Source of the DNA: Eledone cirrhosa
Lineage: Eukaryota
Assembly: GCA_964016885.1 (NCBI GenBank)
Contig: OZ024743.1
Span: 354,516,001 to 354,580,000, forward strand
Direction: 5' to 3'
Length of the DNA stretch: 64,000 nt
The notes beneath the pieces were generated by a model. The model worked only from the letters and a program-made list of their open reading frames with translations. It was not told the DNA's origin and searched no databases. The first letter of the stretch is position 1. The number at the start of each line of letters is the position of its first letter. The translations under genes and the position numbers were made by a program. This document shows, one piece after another, positions 11,401-24,099 of the stretch.

Positions 11401-14400
11401 TCATGCTGGTTGTTGTTGGTGGTAGAGATTGAGGTTTTTGTGATTCTGGTAATGGTGATCCTGATGATTGTCCTCATGCTGGTTGTTGTTGGTGGTAGAG
11501 ATTGAGGTTTTTGTGTTTCTGGTAATGGTGATGCTGATGATTGTCTTGATGCTGGTTGCTGTTGGTGGTAAACATTGAGGTTTTTGTGAATCTGGTAATG
11601 GTGATGCTGATGATTGTCCTCATGCTGGTTGTTGTTGGTGGTAGAGATTGAGGTTTTTGTATTTCTGGTAATGGTGATGCTGATGATTGTCCTCATGCTG
11701 GTTGTTGTTGGTGGTAGAGATTGAGGTTTTTGTGTTTCTGGTAATGGTGATGCTGATGATTGTCCTCATGCTGGTTGTTGTCGGTGGTAGAGATTGAGAT
11801 ATTTGTGATTCTGGTAATGGTGATGCTGATGATTGTCCTCATGCTGGTTGTTGTTGGTGGTAGAGATTGAGGTTTATGTGATCCTGGTAATGGTGATGCT
11901 GATGATTGTCCTCATGCTGGTTGTTGTTGGTGGTAGAGATTGAGATATTTGTGATTCTGGTAATGGTGATGCTGATGATTGTCCTCATGCTGGTTGTTGT
12001 TGGTGGTAGAGATTGAGGTTTTTGTGATCCTGGTAATGGTGATGCTGATGATTGTCCTCATGCTGGTTGTTGTTGGTGGTAGAGATTGAGATATTTGTGA
12101 TTCTGGTAATGGTGATGCTGATGATTGTCCTCATGCTGGTTGTTGTTGGTGGTAGAGATTGACGTTTTTGTGATCCTGGTAATGGTGATGCTGATGATTG
12201 TCCTCATGCTGGTTGTTGTTGGTGGTAGAGATTGAGGTTTTTGGGATTCTGGTAATGGTGATGCTGATGATTGTCCTCCTGCTGGTTGTTGTTGGTGGTA
12301 GACATTGAGGTTTTTGTGATTCTGGTAATGGTGATGCGGATGATTGTCCTCATGCTGGTTGTTGTTGGTGGTAGAGATTGAGGTTTTTGTGATCCTGGTA
12401 ATGGTGATGCTGATGATTGTCCTCATACTGGTTGTTGTTGGTGGTAGAGATTGAGGTTTTTGTGATCCTGGTAATGGTGATGCTGATGATTGTCCTCATG
12501 CTGGTTGTTGTTGGTGGTAGAGATTGAGGTTTTTGTGATTCTGGTAATGGTGATGCTGATGTTTGTCTTCATGCTGGTTGTTGTTGGTGATAGAGATTGA
12601 GGTTTTTGTGATCCTGGTAATGGTGATGCTGATGATTGTCCTCATGCTGGTTGTTGTTGGTGGTAGAGATTGAGGTTTTTGTGATTCTGGTAATGGTGAT
12701 GCTGATGATTGTCCTCATGCTGGTTGTTGTTGGTGGTAGAGATTGAGGTTTTTGTGATTCTGGTAATGGTGATGCTGATGATTGTCCTCATGCTGGTTGT
12801 TGGTGGTAGAGATTGAGGTTTTTGTGATCCTGGTAATGGTGATGCTGATGATTTCCCTCATGCTGGTTGTTGTTGGTGGTAGAGATTGAGGTTTTTATGT
12901 TTCTGGTAATGGTGATGCTGATGTTTGTCTTCATGCTGGTTGTTGTTGGTGATAGAGATTGAGGTCTTTGTGATTCTGGTAATGGTGATGCTGATGATTG
13001 TCCTCATGCTGGTTGTTGTTGGTGGTAGAGATTGAGGTGTTTGTGATTCTGGTAATGGTGATGCTAATGATTGTCTTCATGCTGGTTGTTGTTGGTGGTA
13101 GAGATTGAGGTTTTTCTGATTCGTGTAATGGTGATGCTGATGATTGTCCTCATGCTGGTTGTTGTTGGTGATAGAGATTGAGGTGTTTGTGATTCTGGTA
13201 ATGGTGATGCTAATGATTGTCTTCATGCTGGTTGTTGTTGGTGGTAGAGATTGAGGTTTTTGTGATTCTGGTAATGGTGATGCTGATGATTGTCCTCATG
13301 CTGGTTGTTGTTGGTGGTAGAGATTGAGGTTTTTGTGATTCTGGTAATGGTGATGCTGATGATTGTCCTCATGCTGGTTGTTGTTGGTGGTAGAGATTGA
13401 GGTTTTTGTGATTCTGGTAATGGTGATGCTAATGATTGTCCTCATGCTGGTTGTTGTTGGTGATAGAGATTGAGGTTTTTGTGATTCTGGTAATGGTGAT
13501 GCTAATGATTGTCTTCATGCTGGTTGTTGTTGGTGGTAGAGATTGAGGTGTTTGTGATTCTGGTAATGGTGATGCTAATGATTGTCGTCATGCTGGTTGT
13601 TGTTGGTGGTAGAGATTGAGGTTTTTGTGATTCTGGTAATGGTGATGCTGATGATTGTCTTCATGCTGGTTGTTGTTGGTGGTAGAGATTGAGGTTTTTG
13701 TGATTCTGGTAATGGTGATGCTGATGATTGTCCTCATGCTGGTTGTTGTTGGTGGTAGAGATTGAGGTTTTTGTGATTCTGGTAATGGTGATGCTGATGA
13801 TTGTCCTCATGCTGGTTGTTGTTGGTGGTAGAGATTGAGGTTTTTGTGATTCTGGTAATGGTGATGCTAATGATTGTCCTCATGCTGGTTGTTGTTGGTG
13901 ATAGAGATTGAGGTTTTTGTGATTCTGGTAATGGTGATGCTAATGATTGTCTTCATGCTGGTTGTTGTTGGTGGTAGAGATTGAGGTGTTTGTGATTCTG
14001 GTAATGGTGATGCTAATGATTGTCGTCATGCTGGTTGTTGTTGGTGGTAGAGATTGAGGTTTTTGTGATTCTGGTAATGGTGATGCTGATGATTGTCTTC
14101 ATGCTGGTTGTTGTTGGTGGTAGAGATTGAGGGTTTTGTGATACTGGTAATGGTGATGCTGATGATTGTCTTCATGCTGGTTGTTGTTGGTGGTAGAGAA
14201 TGAGGTTTTTGTGATTCCGGTAATGGTGATGCTGATGATTGTCTTCATGCTGGTTGTTGTTGGTGGTAGAGATTGAGGTTTTTGTGATACTTGTAATGGT
14301 GATGCTGATGATTGTCTTCATGCTGGTTGTTGTTGGTGGTAGAGATTGAGGTTTTTGTGATTCTGGTAATGGTGATGCTGATGATTGTCCTCATGCTGGT

Positions 14401-17400
14401 TGTTGTTGGTGGTAGAGATTGAGGTTTTTGTGATCCTGGTAATGGTGATGCTGATGATTGTCCTCATGCTGGTTGTTGTTGGTGGTAGAGATTGAGGTTT
14501 TTATGTTTCTGGTAATGGTGATGCTGATGTTTGTCTTCATGCTGGTTGTTGTTGGTGATAGAGATTGAGGTGTTTGTGATTCTGGTAATGGTGATGCTAA
14601 TGATTGTCTTCATGCTGGTTGTTGTTGGTGGTAGAGATTGAGGTTTTTGTGATTCTGGTAATGGTGATGCTGATGATTGTCCTCATGCTGGTTGTTGTTG
14701 GTGGTAGAGATTGAGGTTTTTGTGATTCTGGTAATGGTGATGCTGATGATTGTCCTCATGCTGGTTGTTGTTGGTGGTAGAGATTGGGGTTTTTGTGATT
14801 CTGGTAATGGTGATGCTAATGATTGTCCTCATGCTGGTTGTTGTTGGTAGAGATTGAGGTTTTTGTGATCCTGGTAATGGTGATGGTTATGATTGTCCTC
14901 ATGCTGGTTGTTGTTGGTGATAGAGATTGAGGTTTTTGTCATTCTGGTAATGGTGATGCTAATGATTGTCTTCATGCTGGTTGTTGTTGGTGGTAGAGAT
15001 TGAGGTGTTTGTGATTCTGGTAATGGTGATGCTAATGATTGTCGTCATGCTGGTTGTTGTTGGTGGTAGAGATTGAGGTTTTTGTGATTCTGGTAATGGT
15101 GATGCTGATGATTGTCTTCATGCTGGATGTTGTTGGTGGTAGAGATTGAGGGTTTTGTGATACTGGTAATGGTGATGCTGATGATTGTCTTCATGCTGGT
15201 TGTTGTTGGTGGTAGAGATTGAGGTTTTTGTGATTCTGGTAATGGTGATGCTGATGATTGTCTTCATGCTGGTTGTTGTTGGTGGTAGAGATTGAGGTTT
15301 TTGTGATTCTGGTAATGGTGATGCTGATGATTGTCCTCATGCTGGTTGTTGTTGGTGGTAGAGATTGAGGTTTTTGTGATTCTGGTAATGGTGATGCTGA
15401 TGATTGTCCTCATGCTGGTTGTTGTTGGTGGTAGAGATTGAGGTTTTTGTGATTCTGGTAATGGTGATGCTGATGATTGTCCTCATGCTGGTTGTTGTTG
15501 GTGGTAGAGATTGAGGTTTTTGTGATTCTGGTAAAGGCGATGCTGATGATTGTCTTCATGCTGGTTGTTGTTGGTGGTAGAGATTGAGGTTTTTGGGATT
15601 CTGGTAATGGTGATGCTGATGATTGTCCTCATGCTGGTTGTTGTTGGTGGTAGAGATTGAGGTTTTTGTGTTTCTGGTAATGGTGATGCTGATGATTGTC
15701 CTCATGCTGGTTGTTGTTGGTGGTAGAGATTGAGGTTTTTGTGATCCTGGTAATGGTGATGCTGATGATTGTCCTCATGCTGGTTGTTGTTGGTGGTAGA
15801 GATTGAGGTTTTTGTGATCCTGGTAATGGTGATGCTGATGATTGTCTTCATGCTGGTTGTTGTTGGTGGTAGAGATTGAGGTTTTTGTGATTCTCGTAAT
15901 GGTGATGCTGATGATTGTCCTCTTGATGGTGTTGTTGGTGGTAGAAATTGAGGTTTTTGTGATTCTGGTAATGGTGATGCTGATGATTGTCTTCATGCTG
16001 GTTGCTGTTGGTGATAGAGATTGAGGTCTTTGTGATTCTGGTAATGGTGATGCTGATGATTGTCCTCATGCTGGTTGTTGTTGGTGGTAGAGATTGAGGT
16101 TTTTGGAATTCTGGTAATGGTGATGCTGATGATTGTCCTCCTGCTGGTTGTTGTTGGTGGTAAACATTGAGGTTTTTGTGATTCTGGTAATGGTGATGCT
16201 GATGATTGTCCTCATGCTGGTTGTTGTTGGTGGTAGAGATTGAGGTTTTTGTGATTCTGGTAATGGTGATGCTGATGATTGTCTCCATGCTGGTTGCTGT
16301 TGGCGATAGAGATTGAGGGCTTTGTGATTCTGGTAATGGTGATGCTGATGATTGTCTTCATGCTGGTTGCTGTTGGCGATAGAGATTGAGGGCTTTGTGA
16401 TTCTGGTAATGGTGATGCTGATGATTGTCCTCATGCTGGTTGTTGTTGTTGGTAGAGATTGAGGTTTTTGTGATTCTGGTAAAGGCGATGCTGATGATTG
16501 TCTTCATGCTGGTTGTTGTTGGTGGTAGAGATTGAGGTTTTTGTGATTCTGGTAATGGTGATGCTGATGATTGTCCTCATGCTGGTTGTTGTTGGTGGTA
16601 GAGATTGAGGTTTTTGTGTTTCTGGTAATGGTGATGCTGATGATTGTCTTGATGCTGGTTGCTGTTGGTGGTAAACATTGAGGTTTTTGTGATTCTGGTA
16701 ATGGTGATGCTGATGATTGTCCTCATGCTGGTTGTTGTTGGTGGTAGAGATTGAGGTATTTGTGTTTCTGGTAATGGTGATGCTGATGATTGTCCTCATG
16801 CTGGTTGTTGTTGGTGGTAGAGATTGAGGTTTTTGTGTTTCTGGTAATGGTGATGCTGATGATTGTCCTCATGCTGGTTGTTGTTGGTGGTAGAGATTGA
16901 GATATTTGTGATTCTGGTAATGGTGATGCTGATGATTGTCCTCATGCTGGTTGTTGTTGGTGGTAGAGATTGAGGTTTTTGTGATCCTGGTAATGGTGAT
17001 GCTGATGATTGTCCTCATGCTGGTTGTTGTTGGTGGTAGAGATTGAGATATTTGTGATTCTGGTAATGGTGATGCTGATGATTGTCCTCATGCTGGTTGT
17101 TGTTGGTGGTAGAGATTGAGGTTTTTGTGATCCTGGTAATGGTGATGCTGATGATTGTTCTCATGCTGGTTGTTGTTGGTGGTAGAGATTGAGGTTTTGG
17201 GGATTCTGGTAATGGTGATGCTGATGATTGTCCTCCTGCTGGTTGTTGTTGGTGGTAGACATTGAGGTTTTTGTGATTCTGGTAATGGTGATGCGGATGA
17301 TTGTCCTCATGCTGGTTGTTGTTGGTGGTAGAGATTGAGGTTTTTGTGATCCTGGTAATGGTGATGCTGATGATTGTCCTCATACTGGTTGTTGTTGGTG

Positions 17401-18839
17401 GTAGAGATTGAGGTTTTTGTGATCCTGGTAATGGTGATGCTGATGATTGTCCTCATGCTGGTTGTTGTTGGTGGTAGAGATTGAGGTTTTTGTGATTCTG
17501 GTAATGGTGATGCTGATGTTTGTCTTCATGCTGGTTGTTGTTGGTGATAGAGATTGAGGTTTTTGTGATCCTGGTAATGGTGATGCTGATGATTGTCCTC
17601 ATGCTGGTTGTTGTTGGTGGTAGAGATTGAGGTTTTTGTGATTCTGGTAATGGTGATGCTGATGATTGTCCTCATGCTGGTTGTTGTTGGTGGTAGAGAT
17701 TGAGGTTTTTGTGATTCTGGTAATGGTGATGCTGATGATTGTCCTCATGCTGGTTGTTGTTGGTGGTAGAGATTGAGGTTTTTGTGATCCTGGTAATGGT
17801 GATGCTGATGATTGTCCTCATGCTGGTTGTTGTTGGTGGTAGAGATTGAGGTTTTTATGTTTCTGGTAATGGTGATGCTGATGTTTGTCTTCATGCTGGT
17901 TGTTGTTGGTGATAGAGATTGAGGTCTTTGTGATTCTGGTAATGGTGATGCTGATGATTGTCCTCATGCTGGTTGTTGTTGGTGGTAGAGATTGAGGTGT
18001 TTGTGATTCTGGTAATGGTGATGCTAATGATTGTCTTCATGCTGGTTGTTGTTGGTGGTAAACATTGAGGTTTTTGTGATTCTGGTAATGGTGATGCTGA
18101 TGATTGTCCTCATGCTGGTTGTTGTTGGTGATAGAGATTGAGGTGTTTGTGATTCTGGTAATGGTGATGCTAATGATTGTCTTCATGCTGGTTGTTGTTG
18201 GTGGTAGAGATTGAGGTTTTTGTGATTCTGGTAATGGTGATGCTGATGATTGTCCTCATGCTGGTTGTTGTTGGTGGTAGAGATTGAGGTTTTTGTGATT
18301 CTGGTAATGGTGATGCTGATGATTGTCCTCATGCTGGTTGTTGTTGGTGGTAGAGATTGAGGTTTTTGTGATTCTCGTAATGGTGATGCTAATGATTGTC
18401 CTCATGCTGGTTGTTGTTGGTGGTAGAGATTGAGGTTTTTGTGTTTCTGGTAATGGTGATGCTGATGATTGTCCTCATGCTGGTTGTTGTTGGTGGTAGA
18501 GATTAAGGTTTTTGTGTTTCTGGTAATGGTGATGCTGATGATTGTCTTCATGCTGGTTGTTGTTGGTGATAGAGATTGAGGTTTTTGTGATCCTGGTAAT
18601 GGTGATGCTGTTGATTGTCTTCATGCTGGTTGTTGTTGGTGGTAGAGATTGAGGTTTTTGTGATCCTGGTAATGGTGATGCTGTTGATTGTCTTCATGCT
18701 GGTTGTTGTTGGTGGTAGAGATTGATGTTTTTGTGATTCTGGTAATGGTGATGCTGATGATTGTCCTCATGCTGGTTGTTGTTGGTGGTAGAGATTGAGG
18801 TTTTTGTGATCCTGGTAATGGTGATGCTGATGATTGTCC

Positions 18840-21800
18840 TCATGCTGGTTGTTGTTGGTGGTAGAGATTGAGGTTTTTGTGATCCTGGTAATGGTGATGC
18901 TGTTGATTGTCTTCATGCTGGTTGTTGTTGGTGGTAGAGATTGATGTTTTTGTGATTCTCGTAATGGTGATGCTGATGATTGTCCTCATGCTGGTGTTGT
19001 TGGTGGTAGAGATTGAGGTTTTTGTGATTCTGGTAATGGTGATGCTGATGATTGTCTTCATGCTGGTTGCTGTTGGTGATAGAGATTGAGGTCTTTGTGA
19101 TTCTGGTAATGGTGATGCTGATGATTGTCCTCATGCTGGTTGTTGTTGGTGGTAGAGATTGAGGTTTTTGGAATTCTGGTAATGGTGATGCTGATGATTG
19201 TCCTCCTGCTGGTTGTTGTTGGTGGTAAACATTGAGGTTTTTGTGATTCTGGTAATGGTGATGCTGATGATTGTCCTCATGCTGGTTGTTGTTGGTGGTA
19301 GAGATTAAGGTTTTTGTGATTCTGGTAATGGTGATGCTGATGATTGTCTTCATGCTGGTTGCTGTTGGCGATAGAGATTGAGGGCTTTGTGATTCTGGTA
19401 ATGGTGATGCTGATGATTGTCTTCATGCTGGTTGCTGTTGGCGATAGAGATTGAGGGCTTTGTGATTCTGGTAATGGTGATGCTGATGATTGTCCTCATG
19501 CTGGTTGTTGTTGGTGGTAGAGATTGAGGTTTTTGTGATTCTGGTAAAGGCGATGCTGATGATTGTCTTCATGCTGGTTGTTGTTGGTGGTAGACATTGA
19601 GGTTTTTGTGATTCTGGTAATGGTGATGCTGATGATTGTCCTCATGCTGGTTGTTGTTGGTGGTAGAGATTGAGGTTTTTGTGTTTCTGGTAATGGTGAT
19701 GCTGATGATTGTCTTGATGCTGGTTGCTGTTGGTGGTAAACATTGAGGTTTTTGTGATTCTGGTAATGGTGATGCTGATGATTGTCCTCATGCTGGTTGT
19801 TGTTGGTGGTAGAGATTGAGGTTTTTGTGTTTCTGGTAATGGTGATGCTGATGATTGTCCTCATGCTGGTTGTTGTTGGTGGTAGAGATTGAGGTTTTTG
19901 TGTTTCTGGTAATGGTGATGCTGATGATTGTCCTCATGCTGGTTGTTGTCGGTGGTAGAGATTGAGATATTTGTGATTCTGGTAATGGTGATGCTGATGA
20001 TTGTCCTCATGCTGGTTGTTGTTGGTGGTAGAGATTGAGGTTTTTGTGATCCTGGTAATGGTGATGCTGATGATTGTCCTCATGCTGGTTGTTGTTGGTG
20101 GTAGAGATTGAGGTTTTTGTGATCCTGGTAATGGTGATGCTGATGATTGTCCTCATGCTGGTTGTTGTTGGTGGTAGAGATTGAGATATTTGTGATTCTG
20201 GTAATGGTGATGCTGATGATTGTCCTCATGCTGGTTGTTGTTGGTGGTAGAGATTGAGGTGTTTGTGATTCTGGTAATGGTGATGCTAATGATTGTCTTC
20301 ATGCTGGTTGTTGTTGGTGGTAGAGATTGAGGTTTTTGTGATTCGTGTAATGGTGATGCTGATGATTGTCCTCATGCTGGTTGTTGTTGGTGATAGAGAT
20401 TGAGGTGTTTGTGATTCTGGTAATGGTGATGCTAATGATTGTCTTCATGCTGGTTGTTGTTGGTGGTAGAGATTGAGGTTTTTGTGATTCTGGTAATGGT
20501 GATGCTGATGATTGTCCTCATGCTGGTTGTTGTTGGTGGTAGAGATCGAGGTTTTTGTGATTCTGGTAATGGTGATGCTGATGATTGTCCTCATGCTGGT
20601 TGTTGTTGGTGGTAGAGATTGAGGTTTTTGTGATTCTCGTAATGGTGATGCTAATGATTGTCCTCATGCTGGTTGTTGTTGGTAGAGATTGAGGTTTTTG
20701 TGATCCTGGTAATGGTGATGGTGATGATTGTCCTCATGCTGGTTGTTGTTTGTGATAGAGATTGAGGTTTTTGTGATTCTGGTAATGGTGATGCTAATGA
20801 TTGTCTTCATGCTGGTTGTTGTTGGTGGTAGAGATTGAGGTGTTTGTGATTCTGGTAATGGTGATGCTAATGATTGTCGTCATGCTGGTTGTTGTTGGTG
20901 GTAGAGATTGAGATTTTTGTGATTCTGGTAATGGTGATGCTGATGATTGTCTTCATGCTGGTTGTTGTTGGTGGTAGAGATTGAGGGTTTTGTGATACTG
21001 GTAATGGTGATGCTGATGATTGTCTTCATGCTGGTTGTTGTTGGTGGTAGAGAATGAGGTTTTTGTGATTCCGGTAATGGTGATGCTGATGATTGTCTTC
21101 ATGCTGGTTGTTGTTGGTGGTAGAGATTGAGGTTTTTGTGATACTTGTAATGGTGATGCTGATGATTGTCTTCATGCTGGTTGTTGTTGGTGGTAGAGAT
21201 TGAGGTTTTTGTGATTCTGGTAATGGTGATGCTGATGATTGTCTTCATGCTGGTTGTTGTTGGTGGTAGAGATTGAGGTTTTTGTGATTCTGGTAATGGT
21301 GATGCTGATGATTGTCCTCATGCTGGTTGTTGTTGGTGGTAGAGATTGAGGTTTTTGTGATTCTGGTAATGGTGATGCTGATGATTGTCCTCATGCTGGT
21401 TGTTGTTGGTGGTAGAGATTGAGGTTTTTGTGATTCTGGTAATGGTGATGCTGATGATTGTCCTCATGCTGGTTGTTGTTGGTGGTAGAGATTGAGGTTT
21501 TTGTGATCCTGGTAATGGTGATGCTGTTGATTGTCTTCATGCTGGTTGTTGTTGGTGGTAGAGATTGAGGGTTTTGTGATTCTCGTAATGGTGATGCTGA
21601 TGATTGTCCTCATGCTGGTGTTGTTGGTGGTAGAGATTGAGGTTTTTGTGATTCTGGTAATGGTGATGCTGATGATTGTCTTCATGCTGGTTGCTGTTGG
21701 TGATAGAGATTGAGGTCTTTGTGATTCTGGTAATGGTGATGCTGATGATTGTCCTCATGCTGGTTGTTGTTGGTGGTAGAGATTGAGGTTTTTGGAATTC

Positions 21801-24090
21801 TGGTAATGGTGATGCTGATGATTGTCCTCCTGCTGGTTGTTGTTGGTGGTAAACATTGAGGTTTTTGTGATTCTGGTAATGGTGATGCTGATGATTGTCC
21901 TCATGCTGGTTGTTGTTGGTGGTAGAGATTAAGGTTTTTGTGATTCTGGTAATGGTGATGCTGATGATTGTCTTCATGCTGGTTGCTGTTGGCGATAGAG
22001 ATTGAGGGCTTTGTGATTCTGGTAATGGTGATGCTGATGATTGTCTTCATGCTGGTTGCTGTTGGCGATAGAGATTGAGGGCTTTGTGATTCTGGTAATT
22101 GTGATGCTGATGATTGTCCTCATGCTGGTTGTTGTTGGTGGTAGAGATTGAGGTTTTTGTGATTCTGGTAAAGGCGATGCTGATGATTGTCTTCATGCTG
22201 GTTGTTGTTGGTGGTAGAGATTGAGGTTTTTGTGATTCTGGTAATGGTGATGCTGATGATTGTCCTCATGCTGGTTGTTGTTGGTGGTAGAGATTGAGGT
22301 TTTTGTGTTTCTGGTAATGGTGATGCTGATGATTGTCTTGATGCTGGTTGCTGTTGGTGGTAAACATTGAGGTTTTTGTGATTCTGGTAATGGTGATGCT
22401 GATGATTGTCCTCATGCTGGTTGTTGTTGGTGGTAGAGATTGAGGTTTTTGTGTTTCTGGTAATGGTGATGCTGATGATTGTCCTCATGCTGGTTGTTGT
22501 TGGTGGTAGAGATTGAGGTTTTTGTGTTTCTGGTAATGGTGATGCTGATGATTGTCCTCATGCTGGTTGTTGTCGGTGGTAGAGATTGAGATATTTGTGA
22601 TTCTGGTAATGGTGATGCTGATGATTGTCCTCATGCTGGTTGTTGTTGGTGGTAGAGATTGAGGTTTTTGTGATCCTGGTAATGGTGATGCTGATGATTG
22701 TCCTCATGCTGGTTGTTGTTGGTGGTAGAGATTGAGATATTTGTGATTCTGGTAATGGTGATGCTGATGATTGTCCTCATGCTGGTTGTTGTTGGTGGTA
22801 GAGATTGAGGTTTTTGTGATCCTGGTAATGGTGATGCTGATGATTGTCCTCATGCTGGTTGTTGTTGGTGGTAGAGATTGAGATATTTGTGATTCTGGTA
22901 ATGGTGATGCTGATGATTGTCCTCATGCTGGTTGTTGTTGGTGGTAGAGATTGAGGTGTTTGTGATTCTGGTAATGGTGATGCTAATGATTGTCTTCATG
23001 CTGGTTGTTGTTGGTGGTAGAGATTGAGGTTTTTGTGATTCGTGTAATGGTGATGCTGATGATTGTCCTCATGCTGGTTGTTGTTGGTGATAGAGATTGA
23101 GGTGTTTGTGATTCTGGTAATGGTGATGCTAATGATTGTCTTCATGCTGGTTGTTGTTGGTGGTAGAGATTGAGGTTTTTGTGATTCTGGTAATGGTGAT
23201 GCTGATGATTGTCCTCATGCTGGTTGTTGTTGGTGGTAGAGATTGAGGTTTTTGTGATTCTGGTAATGGTGATGCTGATGATTGTCCTCATGCTGGTTGT
23301 TGTTGGTGGTAGAGATTGAGGTTTTTGTGATTCTCGTAATGGTGATGCTAATGATTGTCCTCATGCTGGTTGTTGTTCGTAGAGATTGAGGTTTTTGTGA
23401 TCCTGGTAATGGTGATGGTGATGATTGTCCTCATGCTGGTTGTTGTTGGTGATAGAGATTGAGGTTTTTGTGATTCTGGTAATGGTGATGCTAATGATTG
23501 TCTTCATGCTGGTTGTTGTTGGTGGTAGAGATTGAGGTGTTTGTGATTCTGGTAATGGTGATGCTAATGATTGTCGTCATGCTGGTTGTTGTTGGTGGTA
23601 GAGATTGAGATTTTTGTGATTCTGGTAATGGTGATGCTGATGATTGTCTTCATGCTGGTTGTTGTTGGTGGTAGAGATTGAGGGTTTTGTGATACTGGTA
23701 ATGGTGATGCTGATGATTGTCTTCATGCTGGTTGTTGTTGGTGGTAGAGAATGAGGTTTTTGTGATTCCGGTAATGGTGATGCTGATGATTGTCTTCATG
23801 CTGGTTGTTGTTGGTGGTAGAGATTGAGGTTTTTGTGATACTTGTAATGGTGATGCTGATGATTGTCTTCATGCTGGTTGTTGTTGGTGGTAGAGATTGA
23901 GGTTTTTGTGATTCTGGTAATGGTGATGCTGATGATTGTCTTCATGCTGGTTGTTGTTGGTGGTAGAGATTGAGGTTTTTGTGATTCTGGTAATGGTGAT
24001 GCTGATGATTGTCCTCATGCTGGTTGTTGTTGGTGGTAGAGATTGAGGTTTTTGTGATTCTGGTAATGGTGATGCTGATGATTGTCCTCA
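18840..24090 (+). repeat. Tandem duplication of a 36-monomer block (2,624 bp)
   Basis: ORF pairs 18840/21464, 18913/21537, 19496/22120 and EcoRI 19171/21795 are offset by 2624 (36x73-4: one 72-bp and one 70-bp unit). There is a small internal monomer-number difference near 22.7 kb. Confidence 0.85.
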
Positions 24091-24099
24091 TGCTGGTTG